Assembly (NCBI GenBank): GCA_965247115.1
Contig: CBDFGR010000003.1
Coordinates: 576,001 to 640,000, forward strand
Direction of reading: 5' to 3'
DNA from: Myxococcota bacterium
GTDB lineage: Bacteria; Myxococcota_A; UBA9160; SZUA-336
DNA length: 64,000 nt
In this document: positions 1-9,080 of the stretch, piece after piece
Numbering within the stretch: the stretch's first letter is position 1
Layout: the number at the start of each line of letters is the position of its first letter
Position numbers and translations under genes: made by a program
Notes under the pieces: generated by a model
What the model was told of the DNA's origin: nothing
The model's input: the letters and a program-made list of their open reading frames with translations, nothing else
Database searches by the model: none

Positions 1-2
1 GC

Positions 3-524
3 AAACGGCAGCGTGGACAGCCAGTCGGCGACGAGAAAGCGCGGCCGGCGGCGCGTAGGGTGCTCGCGCGCCACGGCGTGCGCAATCATGAGACCGTCGT
101 ACGGGAGCACGCCCGAGCGGTTCGCCACAAAAAGCACGGGCCCGCGGTCCGGAATTTCCCCGGCTCCCACGGCCCGGACGCGCCACCAGGTGTCGTACAG
201 GAAGTCCAGAAGCACCCGAGCGCTCTCCACGTATTCGGGCTCGAGCCCGAACTCGTCGATGCTCTGGGAGGTGCATGCTCGTTCCCCTGCGAAGACCCTC
301 CCGCGCAGCGCATCGTAGAGCTCGACCAGGCTCAGCTCTTCGAGCCGACGGCCGAGCCACGCGAAGACTCCGCCGGGAGGGTCCGACGCCTCGGCGGCGG
401 GGTCGCCCACGGATCCGAAGCCGCGCTCGAGCTGCACGCGCAGCTCCGCGACGGAGGCGCGCAGCTCGTCCAGCTCCAGGCTCGACGAGCCGCGAGCCGG
501 CCCGGGTTGCGGCTGGACGCTCAT
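3..524 (-). CDS. Lysophospholipid/glycerol acyltransferase family protein (Rv0502-like), 3'-truncated by window edge
   Basis: Not in the ORF track. Manual translation from ATG 524 (ATGA overlap with the epimerase stop): MSVQPQ...IDEFGLEPEYV...FLYDTWWRV...GPVLFVANRSGVLPYDGLMIA...RFLVADWLSTLPF. Confidence 0.8.
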   Translation of the reverse strand, partial: MSVQPQPGPARGSSSLELDELRASVAELRVQLERGFGSVGDPAAEASDPPGGVFAWLGRRLEELSLVELYDALRGRVFAGERACTSQSIDEFGLEPEYVESARVLLDFLYDTWWRVRAVGAGEIPDRGPVLFVANRSGVLPYDGLMIAHAVAREHPTRRRPRFLVADWLSTLPF

Positions 525-1525
525 CGGTACTTCCTGAGCTTGCGACTCACGACGAAGCTCATCCACGCCTCCTTGGTCGTGTACTCCGGCTCGAAGCCCA
601 GCACGCTCCGCGCCCGCTCCGTATCGACGACCCAGAGGAAGCGAAGGTAGTCGTAGAATGCCGCAGGGGCGTCGCCCGTTCTCATCAGCGAGGTCAGGAA
701 GTCGAGACGGTAGAGGAGTGGATGAGGCCAGGGGAGCGAGCTCTTGCCGGCAAGTCGCAGGAGCGTGGAGAGCGGCAGCACGCCAGCCCCAGCCAGGTTG
801 AAGGGACCTGACGCATCCCGCGTCAGCGCGAGCTCGACCGCCCGCAGCAGATCCTCTTCGTGCAGGAGCTGCATCAGCGGGTCGTAGCCCAGCAGCGTCG
901 TCACCCTGGCCCCGGAGAAGTGCCGAGCCACCGGCCCTTCGACTATCGGCCCCGCGACCCAGCACGGACGCAGCGACGTGACCACGAGCTGCGGGTGGCG
1001 CCTGGCGAAGATCCACAGCAGACCCTCCATCTCGGCCCGGTCCCGGACGGAGTGCGATGCGGGATGGGGGCGCAGACGCCGCTCCTCGCTGAGAAAGTTC
1101 GGGTTGTCCGGGTGGGCTCCGTAGACCTCCGCGCTGCTCACGACCACGAGCTTGTGCACGTCCGCTGCACCGCACGCGTTCATCACGTGTAGTGACCCGA
1201 TCAACTCGAGCTCGTGCGATCTCTCCACGTGGTGGGAGGGGTGCGTCAGGAAGGCGGCGTGCAACACCACCTCACAGCGCTCTTTCTCGAGGATCTCGGC
1301 GACGACCGCGTCCGCGGTCGGCTCCGCCAGGTCCACGCGGTGGAAGCGCACGCGCCCCTCGAGTCGGGCTGGCAGGCGCTGGTCGAGCGCGACCACCTCC
1401 ATGGCCGGTTCGAGCTCGCTCAGGCGTTCCGCCAGGCGGCCGCCGACAAAGGTCGCCAGTCCCGTGATCGCCACGCGCCTCGGTTGCTGGCCGGAGCTCA
1501 CGCAAGCGACATATGCGGAAGGCAC
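521..1525 (-). CDS. NAD-dependent epimerase/dehydratase family protein (atypical SDR, Rv0501-like)
   Basis: RRVAITG..FVGG Rossmann start, VVVSSAEVYGAHPDNPNFL, LGYDPLMQLLHEED; start codon uncertain. Confidence 0.85.
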   Translation of the reverse strand: MPSAYVACVSSGQQPRRVAITGLATFVGGRLAERLSELEPAMEVVALDQRLPARLEGRVRFHRVDLAEPTADAVVAEILEKERCEVVLHAAFLTHPSHHVERSHELELIGSLHVMNACGAADVHKLVVVSSAEVYGAHPDNPNFLSEERRLRPHPASHSVRDRAEMEGLLWIFARRHPQLVVTSLRPCWVAGPIVEGPVARHFSGARVTTLLGYDPLMQLLHEEDLLRAVELALTRDASGPFNLAGAGVLPLSTLLRLAGKSSLPWPHPLLYRLDFLTSLMRTGDAPAAFYDYLRFLWVVDTERARSVLGFEPEYTTKEAWMSFVVSRKLRKYR

Positions 1526-1579
1526 CGGGTGGTGTCAATCGCTAGAGTGAGGAATACGTATCCTGCCAGGCAAGCCCCC

Positions 1580-2632
1580 ATGTCAGACGGTCGCCCGCTA
1601 CTCGTTCGGCACCCGCGGTTTCGCGAGCATGCGCCCCGGGGATCCCACCCCGAGTGTCCCGAACGGCTCGATGCGATCGACCGCGCCCTGGAGCCACTGC
1701 AGGACGAGCTACGTGCGATCGAGCCTCGTCCCGCGACGGACGAGGAGGTCCTGCGCAGCCACAGCCGCTCGCACCTCGATGCGCTCAGCGCGCTCGAGGG
1801 GCGGGACGCCCGTATCGACCCCGACACCTACAGCTCGCCCCGTTCGCTGGAGGTCGCCAGGCTGGCAGCCGGCAGTCTGGCGGACGCGGCGCTCGCCGTC
1901 GCTCGGGGCGAGGCACCGAGCGCGTTCGCAGCCCTGCGACCGCCGGGTCATCACGCGGGGCAGACCCGCGCCATGGGCTTCTGCCTGCTCAACCACGTTG
2001 CGATCGCCGCCGAGGCCCTGCGACAGGAGGCCCGCCTGGAGCGGATCGCGATCGTCGACTGGGACGTGCACCACGGCAATGGCACACAGCAGCTGTTCGA
2101 GACCGAGAGGGACGTCCTCTACATCTCGACCCACCAGTATCCCTTCTATCCCGGAACAGGAGCGCTCGAGGAGCGGGGACTGGGGAAGGCCCTGGGTGCC
2201 ACCGTGAACCTGCCGCTTCCCGCCGGATCGGGCGATGCGGAGTACGGGCAAGTGTTCGACGAGCTGATCGTGCCAGTCCTGCTCGAGTTCCACCCCGAGC
2301 TGATCCTGGTCTCCGCAGGCTTCGACGCCCACAGCCGCGATCCCCTCGGATCCATGAACGTGACCACCGGTGCGTTCGGGCTGTTCACCGCACGCCTGCG
2401 CGCCGTCGCGGAGCAGGCGTGTGGAGGACGCCTGGTGATCGCGCTCGAGGGGGGCTACGACCTCAATGCCCTCGGCGCAAGCGTCGCCGAGGTGGCCGGA
2501 GTCCTGCTCGCTCCCGAGGTCCCTAGAGCCAGCTTTCCCTCGCCCTCCCCCGCTGGCCGTCGACTGGTGCAGACGTTTGCCCAGGCTCACGGCGCGCAGT
2601 GGCAGGATTTGGGCGGAGCAGGCCAACAGTGA
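1580..2632 (+). CDS. Histone deacetylase-family (class II-like) amidohydrolase
   Basis: HPECPERL, RPPGHHA, GFCLLNHVA, VDWDVHHGNGTQ, SAGFDAHSRDPL, LEGGYD. Confidence 0.95.
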   Translation: MSDGRPLLVRHPRFREHAPRGSHPECPERLDAIDRALEPLQDELRAIEPRPATDEEVLRSHSRSHLDALSALEGRDARIDPDTYSSPRSLEVARLAAGSLADAALAVARGEAPSAFAALRPPGHHAGQTRAMGFCLLNHVAIAAEALRQEARLERIAIVDWDVHHGNGTQQLFETERDVLYISTHQYPFYPGTGALEERGLGKALGATVNLPLPAGSGDAEYGQVFDELIVPVLLEFHPELILVSAGFDAHSRDPLGSMNVTTGAFGLFTARLRAVAEQACGGRLVIALEGGYDLNALGASVAEVAGVLLAPEVPRASFPSPSPAGRRLVQTFAQAHGAQWQDLGGAGQQ

Positions 2633-2757
2633 GCGCCGTTGGTCGCGGACGCGCCCCATATGTTGGGGCTAGAGCTGTGGAGAACCCCTATATCCGGTAG
2701 CGCCCCAAAGGGCTCCCTGGGCTACACAGAAAGTGCTGAAAACATTGGATTTTCTGG

Positions 2758-2805
2758 TTGACGGTGGGCGGGAAAAGGGAGATAGTGGTGCCGAGTGGGA
2801 ATGGG
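2758..2805 (+). promoter_or_regulatory. sigma70-type dcw promoter overlapped by MraZ boxes
   Basis: TTGACG(2758)-17 bp-GATAGT(2781); GTGGG/GTGGT at 2764, 2785 and 2795 (roughly 10-bp phasing) upstream of mraZ. Confidence 0.7.
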
Positions 2806-2890
2806 TCCCACCGGGCTCATGCGCTGACTGGGGGGGAGCGCTGGCCTTGTGGGGCCCCCTTCCCACCGGTTTGCGTGGGGGCGGGGCTGC

Positions 2891-3295
2891 GTGTTCTTCG
2901 GGAGTCACGAGCACGTACTTGACGACAAAGGTCGTACAAGCCTTCCAAAGGAGTTCAGGGACATCCTGAAGAGCCAGAAGGCCGACCCCTGGCTCACCGC
3001 TGGCGCCCACTGCCTGGCGATCTTTCCCAACGACCAGTTCGAGGAGATCAAGGCCAGGCTCACGGAAGACGCACTGCCCGCCGCGGAGATCGTGCGTCGG
3101 CAGCGCCTCGTGCTCGGGAATGCCGCCCGCTGCAGACTCGACGGGCAGGGCCGCATTCTCGTGCCGCAGACGCTTCGCAATCACGCGAGGCTGCAGCGAG
3201 ACATCGTGTTCGCGGGGCGCGGCACCCTCATCGAGGTCTGGGATCGCGCACTTTGGAGAACCGAGATGGATCTGGCGCGCTCGGAGACCGTGTGA
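2891..3295 (+). CDS. mraZ: Division/cell wall cluster transcriptional repressor MraZ
   Basis: MFFGSHEHVLDDKGRTSLPKEFR ... LDGQGRILVP ... IEVWD; GTG start; first gene of dcw. Confidence 0.95.
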   Translation: MFFGSHEHVLDDKGRTSLPKEFRDILKSQKADPWLTAGAHCLAIFPNDQFEEIKARLTEDALPAAEIVRRQRLVLGNAARCRLDGQGRILVPQTLRNHARLQRDIVFAGRGTLIEVWDRALWRTEMDLARSETV

Positions 3296-4212
3296 GGATG
3301 CTCCACATCCCCGTGATGCTGGAGCAAATCATCCGCCTCCTCCGTCCACGCCCGGGACAGGTCATCGTTGACGCCACGCTGGGCGCCGGCGGGCACGCAG
3401 GGCAGATTCTCGAGGAGCTGGGGCCCGACGGCCAGCTGATCGGGCTCGATCGCGACGCCGAAGTGCTGGAGCACGCCGGCATCCGTCTCAAACCCCACAG
3501 CGACTCCGCGACGCTCGTGCACGCACGTCTGTCCTTCCTCGCGGAGGTCGTTCGGGGTAGCGGCCGCGAGCAGGTCGACGGCGTGCTCATGGACCTGGGC
3601 GTCTCGTCCTTCCAGCTCGACGAGCTCGAGCGTGGCTTCAGCTTCCGAACAGGGGACGCTCCCGCTCCCCTCGACATGCGGATGGACCGGCGTTCCGGCG
3701 CGACTGCCGCCCAGCTCCTGGAACGCTGGGACGAGCCCGAGCTCGTAGACGTTCTGCGCGCGGGGGGAGTTCCCGCGCCGACCCGGATCGCCCGCGCGCT
3801 CCGCTCCGCGCAGCCACTCACGACCACGAGTGACCTGCTCGGCGCACTCGAAGGCGTCCGCCTGCCCAGGCGCCGACACCATCCTGCGACGCTCGTCTTC
3901 CAGGCGTTGCGCATGGCGGTCAACGAAGAGCTCGCGGAGCTCGAAGCGGGCCTCGAGGCGGCGCTAGACCTCCTCGCCCCAGGGGGGCGGCTCGCGGTTC
4001 TGAGCTACCACTCGGGAGAGGATCGACTCGTCAAGGGCTTCTTCGCTCGCGAGGCCAAGGGCTGCATCTGCCCACCCGATCTCCCGGTGTGCGGCTGTGG
4101 TCGCTCGTCGCGAGTGAAGATCGTGGCCCGAGGTGAGCAGGCGAGCGAAACCGAAGTGAGCGCCAACCCGCGGGCTCGCAGTGCCCGGATGCGCGGCGGA
4201 GAGCGAACCTGA
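3292..4212 (+). CDS. rsmH: 16S rRNA m4C1402 methyltransferase RsmH
   Basis: HIPVML, VDATLGAGGHA, DLGVSSFQLD, LDMRMD, FQALRMAVNEEL, SYHSGEDRLVK, NPRARSARMR. Confidence 0.97.
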   Translation: MRMLHIPVMLEQIIRLLRPRPGQVIVDATLGAGGHAGQILEELGPDGQLIGLDRDAEVLEHAGIRLKPHSDSATLVHARLSFLAEVVRGSGREQVDGVLMDLGVSSFQLDELERGFSFRTGDAPAPLDMRMDRRSGATAAQLLERWDEPELVDVLRAGGVPAPTRIARALRSAQPLTTTSDLLGALEGVRLPRRRHHPATLVFQALRMAVNEELAELEAGLEAALDLLAPGGRLAVLSYHSGEDRLVKGFFAREAKGCICPPDLPVCGCGRSSRVKIVARGEQASETEVSANPRARSARMRGGERT

Positions 4213-4568
4213 ACGCCAGGCTGCGCCGAAGCGGGTACGGCCTACGGGCGCTGCTGGCTGGCGTGCTTGGTGTCATCGTGGCTGCCGCCTGCCTCGTCGG
4301 CGCGCGCACGCAGATCACGTCGCTGCGCTACGAGCTGCAGAAATCGCGCAGCGCAGAGACCCAGCTTCGACGCGAAGTGGAGAGGCTCCGCATAGAGGCG
4401 GCCGTGCTGACCGCTCCGAAGCGACTCGAGGCACGCGCACTCGAGCTGGGCATGACCTACCCGCGCTCTGGGCAGGTCGTCTCGCTTGCGCCTTGCGGGA
4501 CCCGGCGCGCAAGCGTTCGCGGCGATTGCACGGGACCCGCCGGGCTCGGTAGTGGAGGCCCCCGGTGA
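4209..4568 (+). CDS. ftsL: Cell division protein FtsL (probable CTG start)
   Basis: Lies between rsmH and ftsI; single TM, coiled coil, 'LTAPKRLEARALELGM'; CTG at 4209 overlaps the rsmH TGA and follows GGAGAG. Confidence 0.85.
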   Translation: MNARLRRSGYGLRALLAGVLGVIVAAACLVGARTQITSLRYELQKSRSAETQLRREVERLRIEAAVLTAPKRLEARALELGMTYPRSGQVVSLAPCGTRRASVRGDCTGPAGLGSGGPR

Positions 4569-6241
4569 GTCGGCGGCGCAGGTCCACGACGCTGCTGGCA
4601 CAGCGCCGGCTGCTGGTTCTCGGCGCCGTGATAGTCGCCGGCCTGATCTGCCTGACGCTTCGGGCCACGCACCTGCAGGCGTTGGACGGGGCCCGTCTGG
4701 CGGAGATCGCGCGCCGGCAGGCCGAGGCCACGCTAAAGCTCGGCTCGCTTCGGGCGGAGATTCGAGACCGGAACGGGACGTTGCTGGCAGTCTCGGCCAG
4801 CGTCCACTCCATTGCTGCGTCCCCGAACGCGGTGACGGACCGCGAGCGGACGGCAGCAGCTCTGGGACGGGTGCTGCAGCGGCCCGTCGCCGACGTGCGA
4901 GCACGTCTGACTCACTCTCGGGGCTTCGTCTGGATCAAGCGCTGGGCCACGCCCAGGGAGGCGGATCGGCTCCGCGAGCTCGATCTGGCAGGCATCCACC
5001 TCCACCCCGAACGCCGCCGCTTCTATCCCAACGGCCAGCTTGCCGCCGCGTATCTCGGCTTCGCGGATCGCGATGGCCGTGGCCTCTCGGGTCTGGAGCT
5101 CGTGTTGGACGCGGAGCTGCGGGGCAGTGTGGCCGCCCTGCCTGCCCGGCGCGACGCCAGCGGCAAGATGCTGCTTGCACCGCATTCCTGGGCCGAGGGG
5201 CGTATCGGTCATCCGGTCACGCTCAGTCTCGACGCGCGACTCCAGCACTTTGCCGAACGTGCCCTCGAGCGCGCACTGGAGCGATCCGGTGCGCGGCGAG
5301 GCACGCTCGTCGCGCTCGATCCACGCAACGGCGACCTGCTCGTCGTCGCCGAGGTGCCAGGGTTCGACCCGAACCGCTTCTGGCTCGAAGACCCGGCGCG
5401 CTTCCGCGCTCGCGCCTTCGTCGACGCCTTCGAGCCCGGGAGCACCCTCAAGCCCTTCACGATCGCACTCGCGATCGAAGCGGGCCTGGTCGAGCCGGGG
5501 GAGGAGTTCGATTGCGAAGACGGGAGCTGGCAGGTGCTCGACCGCCGGATTCGCGACTTCAAACCTCACGGGATCCTGGCGGTGCGTGACATCCTGCGGC
5601 TCTCGAGCAACATTGGCGCCGCGAAGATTGCCAACCGGCTCGGCTCGGAGAGACTCGTCGAGGGGCTGCGGCGCTTCGGGTTCGGGGAGCGCACGGGCAG
5701 CGGATTCCCCGGCGAAGCTCCAGGCGTAGTACGCAACCTTGGCGAGGCACAGGCCGTCGAACGTGCGAACCTGGCTTTCGGGCAGGGCTTGAGCGTCACG
5801 GCGCTGCAGCTGGCGAGTGCTGCCGCCGTGCTTGCAAACGGGGGACGTCGCATCACGCCGCGTCTCGTCCAGAACGAGGGCGATGCGATCGACGGCCCCG
5901 GCGAGCGCATCGTCTCCGAGCGCACAGCGGCCACGGTGATGGAGATGCTCCGCGCGGCCGTCGCCAGCGGCACCGGCAGGGCCGCTTCGCTCCCAGACTA
6001 CGAGGTCGCCGGGAAGACCGGGACCGCGCAGAAGGTCGTCAACGGTCGCTACTCGCGCGATCGACACGTCGCATCCTTCCTGGGAATGGTCCCGGCGCTG
6101 AATCCAAGGCTCGTCGTGGCGGTCGTACTAGACGAGCCCCAGCAGGGCTACACGGGTGGCCTGGTGGCCGCCCCGGTCTTCCGCGAGGTTGCCAGCTTCG
6201 CGGTCGAACAGCTCGCGGTACCGGTGGAGGGCGCCGAGTGA
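4565..6241 (+). CDS. ftsI: Peptidoglycan transpeptidase FtsI/PBP3
   Basis: EPGSTLK (SxxK), SSN (SxN), GKTGTAQK; N-terminal TM; dcw position. Confidence 0.95.
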   Translation: MSRRRRSTTLLAQRRLLVLGAVIVAGLICLTLRATHLQALDGARLAEIARRQAEATLKLGSLRAEIRDRNGTLLAVSASVHSIAASPNAVTDRERTAAALGRVLQRPVADVRARLTHSRGFVWIKRWATPREADRLRELDLAGIHLHPERRRFYPNGQLAAAYLGFADRDGRGLSGLELVLDAELRGSVAALPARRDASGKMLLAPHSWAEGRIGHPVTLSLDARLQHFAERALERALERSGARRGTLVALDPRNGDLLVVAEVPGFDPNRFWLEDPARFRARAFVDAFEPGSTLKPFTIALAIEAGLVEPGEEFDCEDGSWQVLDRRIRDFKPHGILAVRDILRLSSNIGAAKIANRLGSERLVEGLRRFGFGERTGSGFPGEAPGVVRNLGEAQAVERANLAFGQGLSVTALQLASAAAVLANGGRRITPRLVQNEGDAIDGPGERIVSERTAATVMEMLRAAVASGTGRAASLPDYEVAGKTGTAQKVVNGRYSRDRHVASFLGMVPALNPRLVVAVVLDEPQQGYTGGLVAAPVFREVASFAVEQLAVPVEGAE

Positions 6242-7710
6242 AGTCGCTCGAGGAGCTTGTTCGGGGCCTGGGGACGCGCTTCGACGGCGCCGCCGACACG
6301 CCGATTGCCGAGATCTGCACCGACTCGCGCAAGGTGACGCCCGGTGCCCTCTTTGTAGCGCTGCGGGGGGCCACGACCGACGGGCACCGCTACGCCGCAA
6401 GGGCGCTCCGGCAGGGGGCTGCGGCACTCCTTGCGGAGCAGGTCGTCCCTGGACTCCCGGCCGACGTGCCCACGGCCTACGTCCACGACACCCGCGCGGC
6501 GCTACCGGAGGTGGCCGCGCGCTTCTTCGGCAGACCCGCAGCGGCCATGACCCTGGTAGGCGTCACGGGAACGAACGGCAAGACGAGCACAGTACACATG
6601 ATCGAGTCGATCTTGCAGAGCGCCGGCCAACGTGTCGGAAGCATCGGAACCATCTGCGTCCGGGGCCCGGGGTTCCAGGAGGCCGCGTCCCTCACCACAC
6701 CCGAGTCCGTAGATCTGCAGCGCACACTGGCGCGTATGCGCGAAGCCGGCGTCGATGTCGTCGCGCTCGAGGTCTCCTCGCACAGCATCGCGCTGGGCAG
6801 GATCCGTACGCTGCGTTTCGCCGCCTCCGTCTATACGCACCTGAGCCAGGACCACCTGGACTTCCACCGCGACATGGACGAGTACGCCGCGACCAAGGCC
6901 GAGCTCTTCGGGCCCGAGTACCTCGAGGGGACAGGCGTGCTGAACGCGCGCGATTCGCACACCCGACGACTGATCGAGCGAGCGCGGTCTGCAGGACGCC
7001 CGGTCAAGACCTACGCGCGCGGCCAGGACACTCCGGCGGACCTGTTCACGACTACCGAGCAGATCGCGCTCGAGGGCTCGCAGCTTCGAGTCGCGGACTC
7101 GGAGGGAGAACGCTCGCTGCAGCTCGCACTCGCCGGTGAGTTCCAGATCGAGAACGCGCTCGCCGCAGCAGCCACGGCGCGCGTCCTCGGCGTCGACTGG
7201 GCCTCGATCGAGGCCGGACTGGCGGGCTGTCCCCCAATCCCGGGTCGCCTGGAGCGCGTGCGCGACGGGAAGCCGATCGTGCTCGTGGACTACGCGCACA
7301 CGCCGGGCGCGCTCGATCGCGTGCTCGAGTCCGTCAGACCCCTCGTCTCCGGCAGCCTCATCAGCGTATTCGGCTGCGGTGGGGATCGAGATCGCAGCAA
7401 GCGCGTCCCGATGGCGCGGGCGGCCTGCTCGCACAGCGACCTGTGCATCGCGACGAGCGACAACCCGCGCACGGAGGATCCAGAGAAGATCCTGCGCGAC
7501 GTCGCCGAGGGGCTCTCGGGCGCATTCGAGATCGAGGTCGACCGACGAGCTGCCATCCGCGGCGCCATCCGCCGCGCGAAGCCCGATGACGTGATCGTGA
7601 TCGCGGGCAAGGGCCACGAGAACTACCAGATCCTGGGGCATGAGAAGGTCGAGTTCGACGATCGCGTCGAGGCACGCCGCGCGCTGGCGGAGCGCGAGGA
7701 AGCTACGTGA
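6238..7710 (+). CDS. murE: UDP-MurNAc-tripeptide ligase MurE (meso-DAP type)
   Basis: GVTGTNGKTS, TTPES, EVSSH, VDYAHTP, FGCGGDRD, SDNPR, AGKGHE. Confidence 0.97.
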   Translation: MKSLEELVRGLGTRFDGAADTPIAEICTDSRKVTPGALFVALRGATTDGHRYAARALRQGAAALLAEQVVPGLPADVPTAYVHDTRAALPEVAARFFGRPAAAMTLVGVTGTNGKTSTVHMIESILQSAGQRVGSIGTICVRGPGFQEAASLTTPESVDLQRTLARMREAGVDVVALEVSSHSIALGRIRTLRFAASVYTHLSQDHLDFHRDMDEYAATKAELFGPEYLEGTGVLNARDSHTRRLIERARSAGRPVKTYARGQDTPADLFTTTEQIALEGSQLRVADSEGERSLQLALAGEFQIENALAAAATARVLGVDWASIEAGLAGCPPIPGRLERVRDGKPIVLVDYAHTPGALDRVLESVRPLVSGSLISVFGCGGDRDRSKRVPMARAACSHSDLCIATSDNPRTEDPEKILRDVAEGLSGAFEIEVDRRAAIRGAIRRAKPDDVIVIAGKGHENYQILGHEKVEFDDRVEARRALAEREEAT

Positions 7711-9080
7711 GCTGGACGCTTGGCGAGCTGGCAGGCTTCTGCGACGGCGCGCTGGACGGCGAGGCCGGAGCGATCGTGAGCGGCGTATCCACCGACTCAC
7801 GCAGCATCGGGGACAGTGAGCTCTTCGTCGCGGTTCGCGGCGACACCTTCGACGGACATGACTACGCGGTAGAGGCGCTCGAGCGGGGCGCTGCCGCCGT
7901 GCTGCTGTCTCGCGCCCTGGACCTCCCCGGTGCGACGATCCGTGTGGACAACACCGTCGTCGCGCTGGGAGCGCTGGGATCTGCGCACCGCGAGCGCTTC
8001 GCCGGCCCGGTCGTGGCCATCACGGGCTCGAACGGCAAGACGACGACCAAGGAGATGTGCGCTGGAATTCTGGCAGCGAGTGGGCTGCGTGTTCGCCACA
8101 GTCCCGGGAATCTGAACAACCACATCGGGCTGCCCCTCTCGCTTCTCGGGCTCGAGCTCGAAGACGACGTGCTCGTGGTCGAGCTCGGCATGAACCACGA
8201 GGGCGAGATCGCACAGCTCGCCCGCATCGCCTCTCCCACCGTGGGTGCGATCACGAATGTTGCCCCCGCCCACCTGGGACCGCTCGGCTCGCTGGCGGCG
8301 ATCGCACGCGCAAAAGGTGAGCTCTTCGACGAGATCCGCCCCAACGGCACGGCCGTCGTCAACGCCGACGACCCGCACTGCGTCGAGCAGTCCGAGCGCT
8401 TTGCCGGGCGCAGGCTGAGCTTTGCTCGGAAGGTCGACGCTGACTTCCGCGCCCGAGAAACCGCGTCGACCCGCAAGGGCGAGAGCTTCGAGCTGGAGAC
8501 CGAGGCCGGGCAGTGCCGTGTGGAGCTCCGCGCTCCCGGCACACACCTGATCGAAGACGCCCTGTGCGCCGCCACCGCGGCCATGGCCACGGGCCTGCTT
8601 GCCAGCGAGCCGCTGCAGAGCATGCGCCGCGGTCTGGAGCAGTTCGAGCCCATCGACGGACGCCTGAGGCCGAGGACCACGCCCGGCGGCCTGACGCTGT
8701 TCGACGACACCTACAACGCAAACCCCGAGTCGGTAGCGGCGGCGCTGTCCACGCTCGCGGCCCACAGCTGCGGCGGTCGCTCCGTCGCCGTGCTCGGCGA
8801 CATGCTCGAGCTCGGTCCAAGCTCGGCGGTCCTGCACGCGAACGTCGGCAGGGAGGCCGCCGCGCGCGGCATCCAGCTGCTCGTAGCGGTGGGACCGCTC
8901 TCTGCGCACACCGCCCACGCGGCGGCCGCTTCGGGCGTGAGCGAGACGATCGAGCTGGACGCAGACAGCGCGCCCGCACGCGTGCGCGAGCTCGTCCGTC
9001 CCGGCGATATCGTGCTCGTCAAGGGCTCGCGCGGCATGCGCATGGAGCGCGTGGTGGACGCGCTCATGGATCCGGACTGA
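7707..9080 (+). CDS. murF: UDP-MurNAc-tripeptide--D-Ala-D-Ala ligase MurF
   Basis: ITGSNGKTTTKE, GNLNNHIGLP, ELGMNHEGEI, DDTYNANP, LGDMLELG, LVKGSRGMRME. Confidence 0.97.
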   Translation: MSWTLGELAGFCDGALDGEAGAIVSGVSTDSRSIGDSELFVAVRGDTFDGHDYAVEALERGAAAVLLSRALDLPGATIRVDNTVVALGALGSAHRERFAGPVVAITGSNGKTTTKEMCAGILAASGLRVRHSPGNLNNHIGLPLSLLGLELEDDVLVVELGMNHEGEIAQLARIASPTVGAITNVAPAHLGPLGSLAAIARAKGELFDEIRPNGTAVVNADDPHCVEQSERFAGRRLSFARKVDADFRARETASTRKGESFELETEAGQCRVELRAPGTHLIEDALCAATAAMATGLLASEPLQSMRRGLEQFEPIDGRLRPRTTPGGLTLFDDTYNANPESVAAALSTLAAHSCGGRSVAVLGDMLELGPSSAVLHANVGREAAARGIQLLVAVGPLSAHTAHAAAASGVSETIELDADSAPARVRELVRPGDIVLVKGSRGMRMERVVDALMDPD

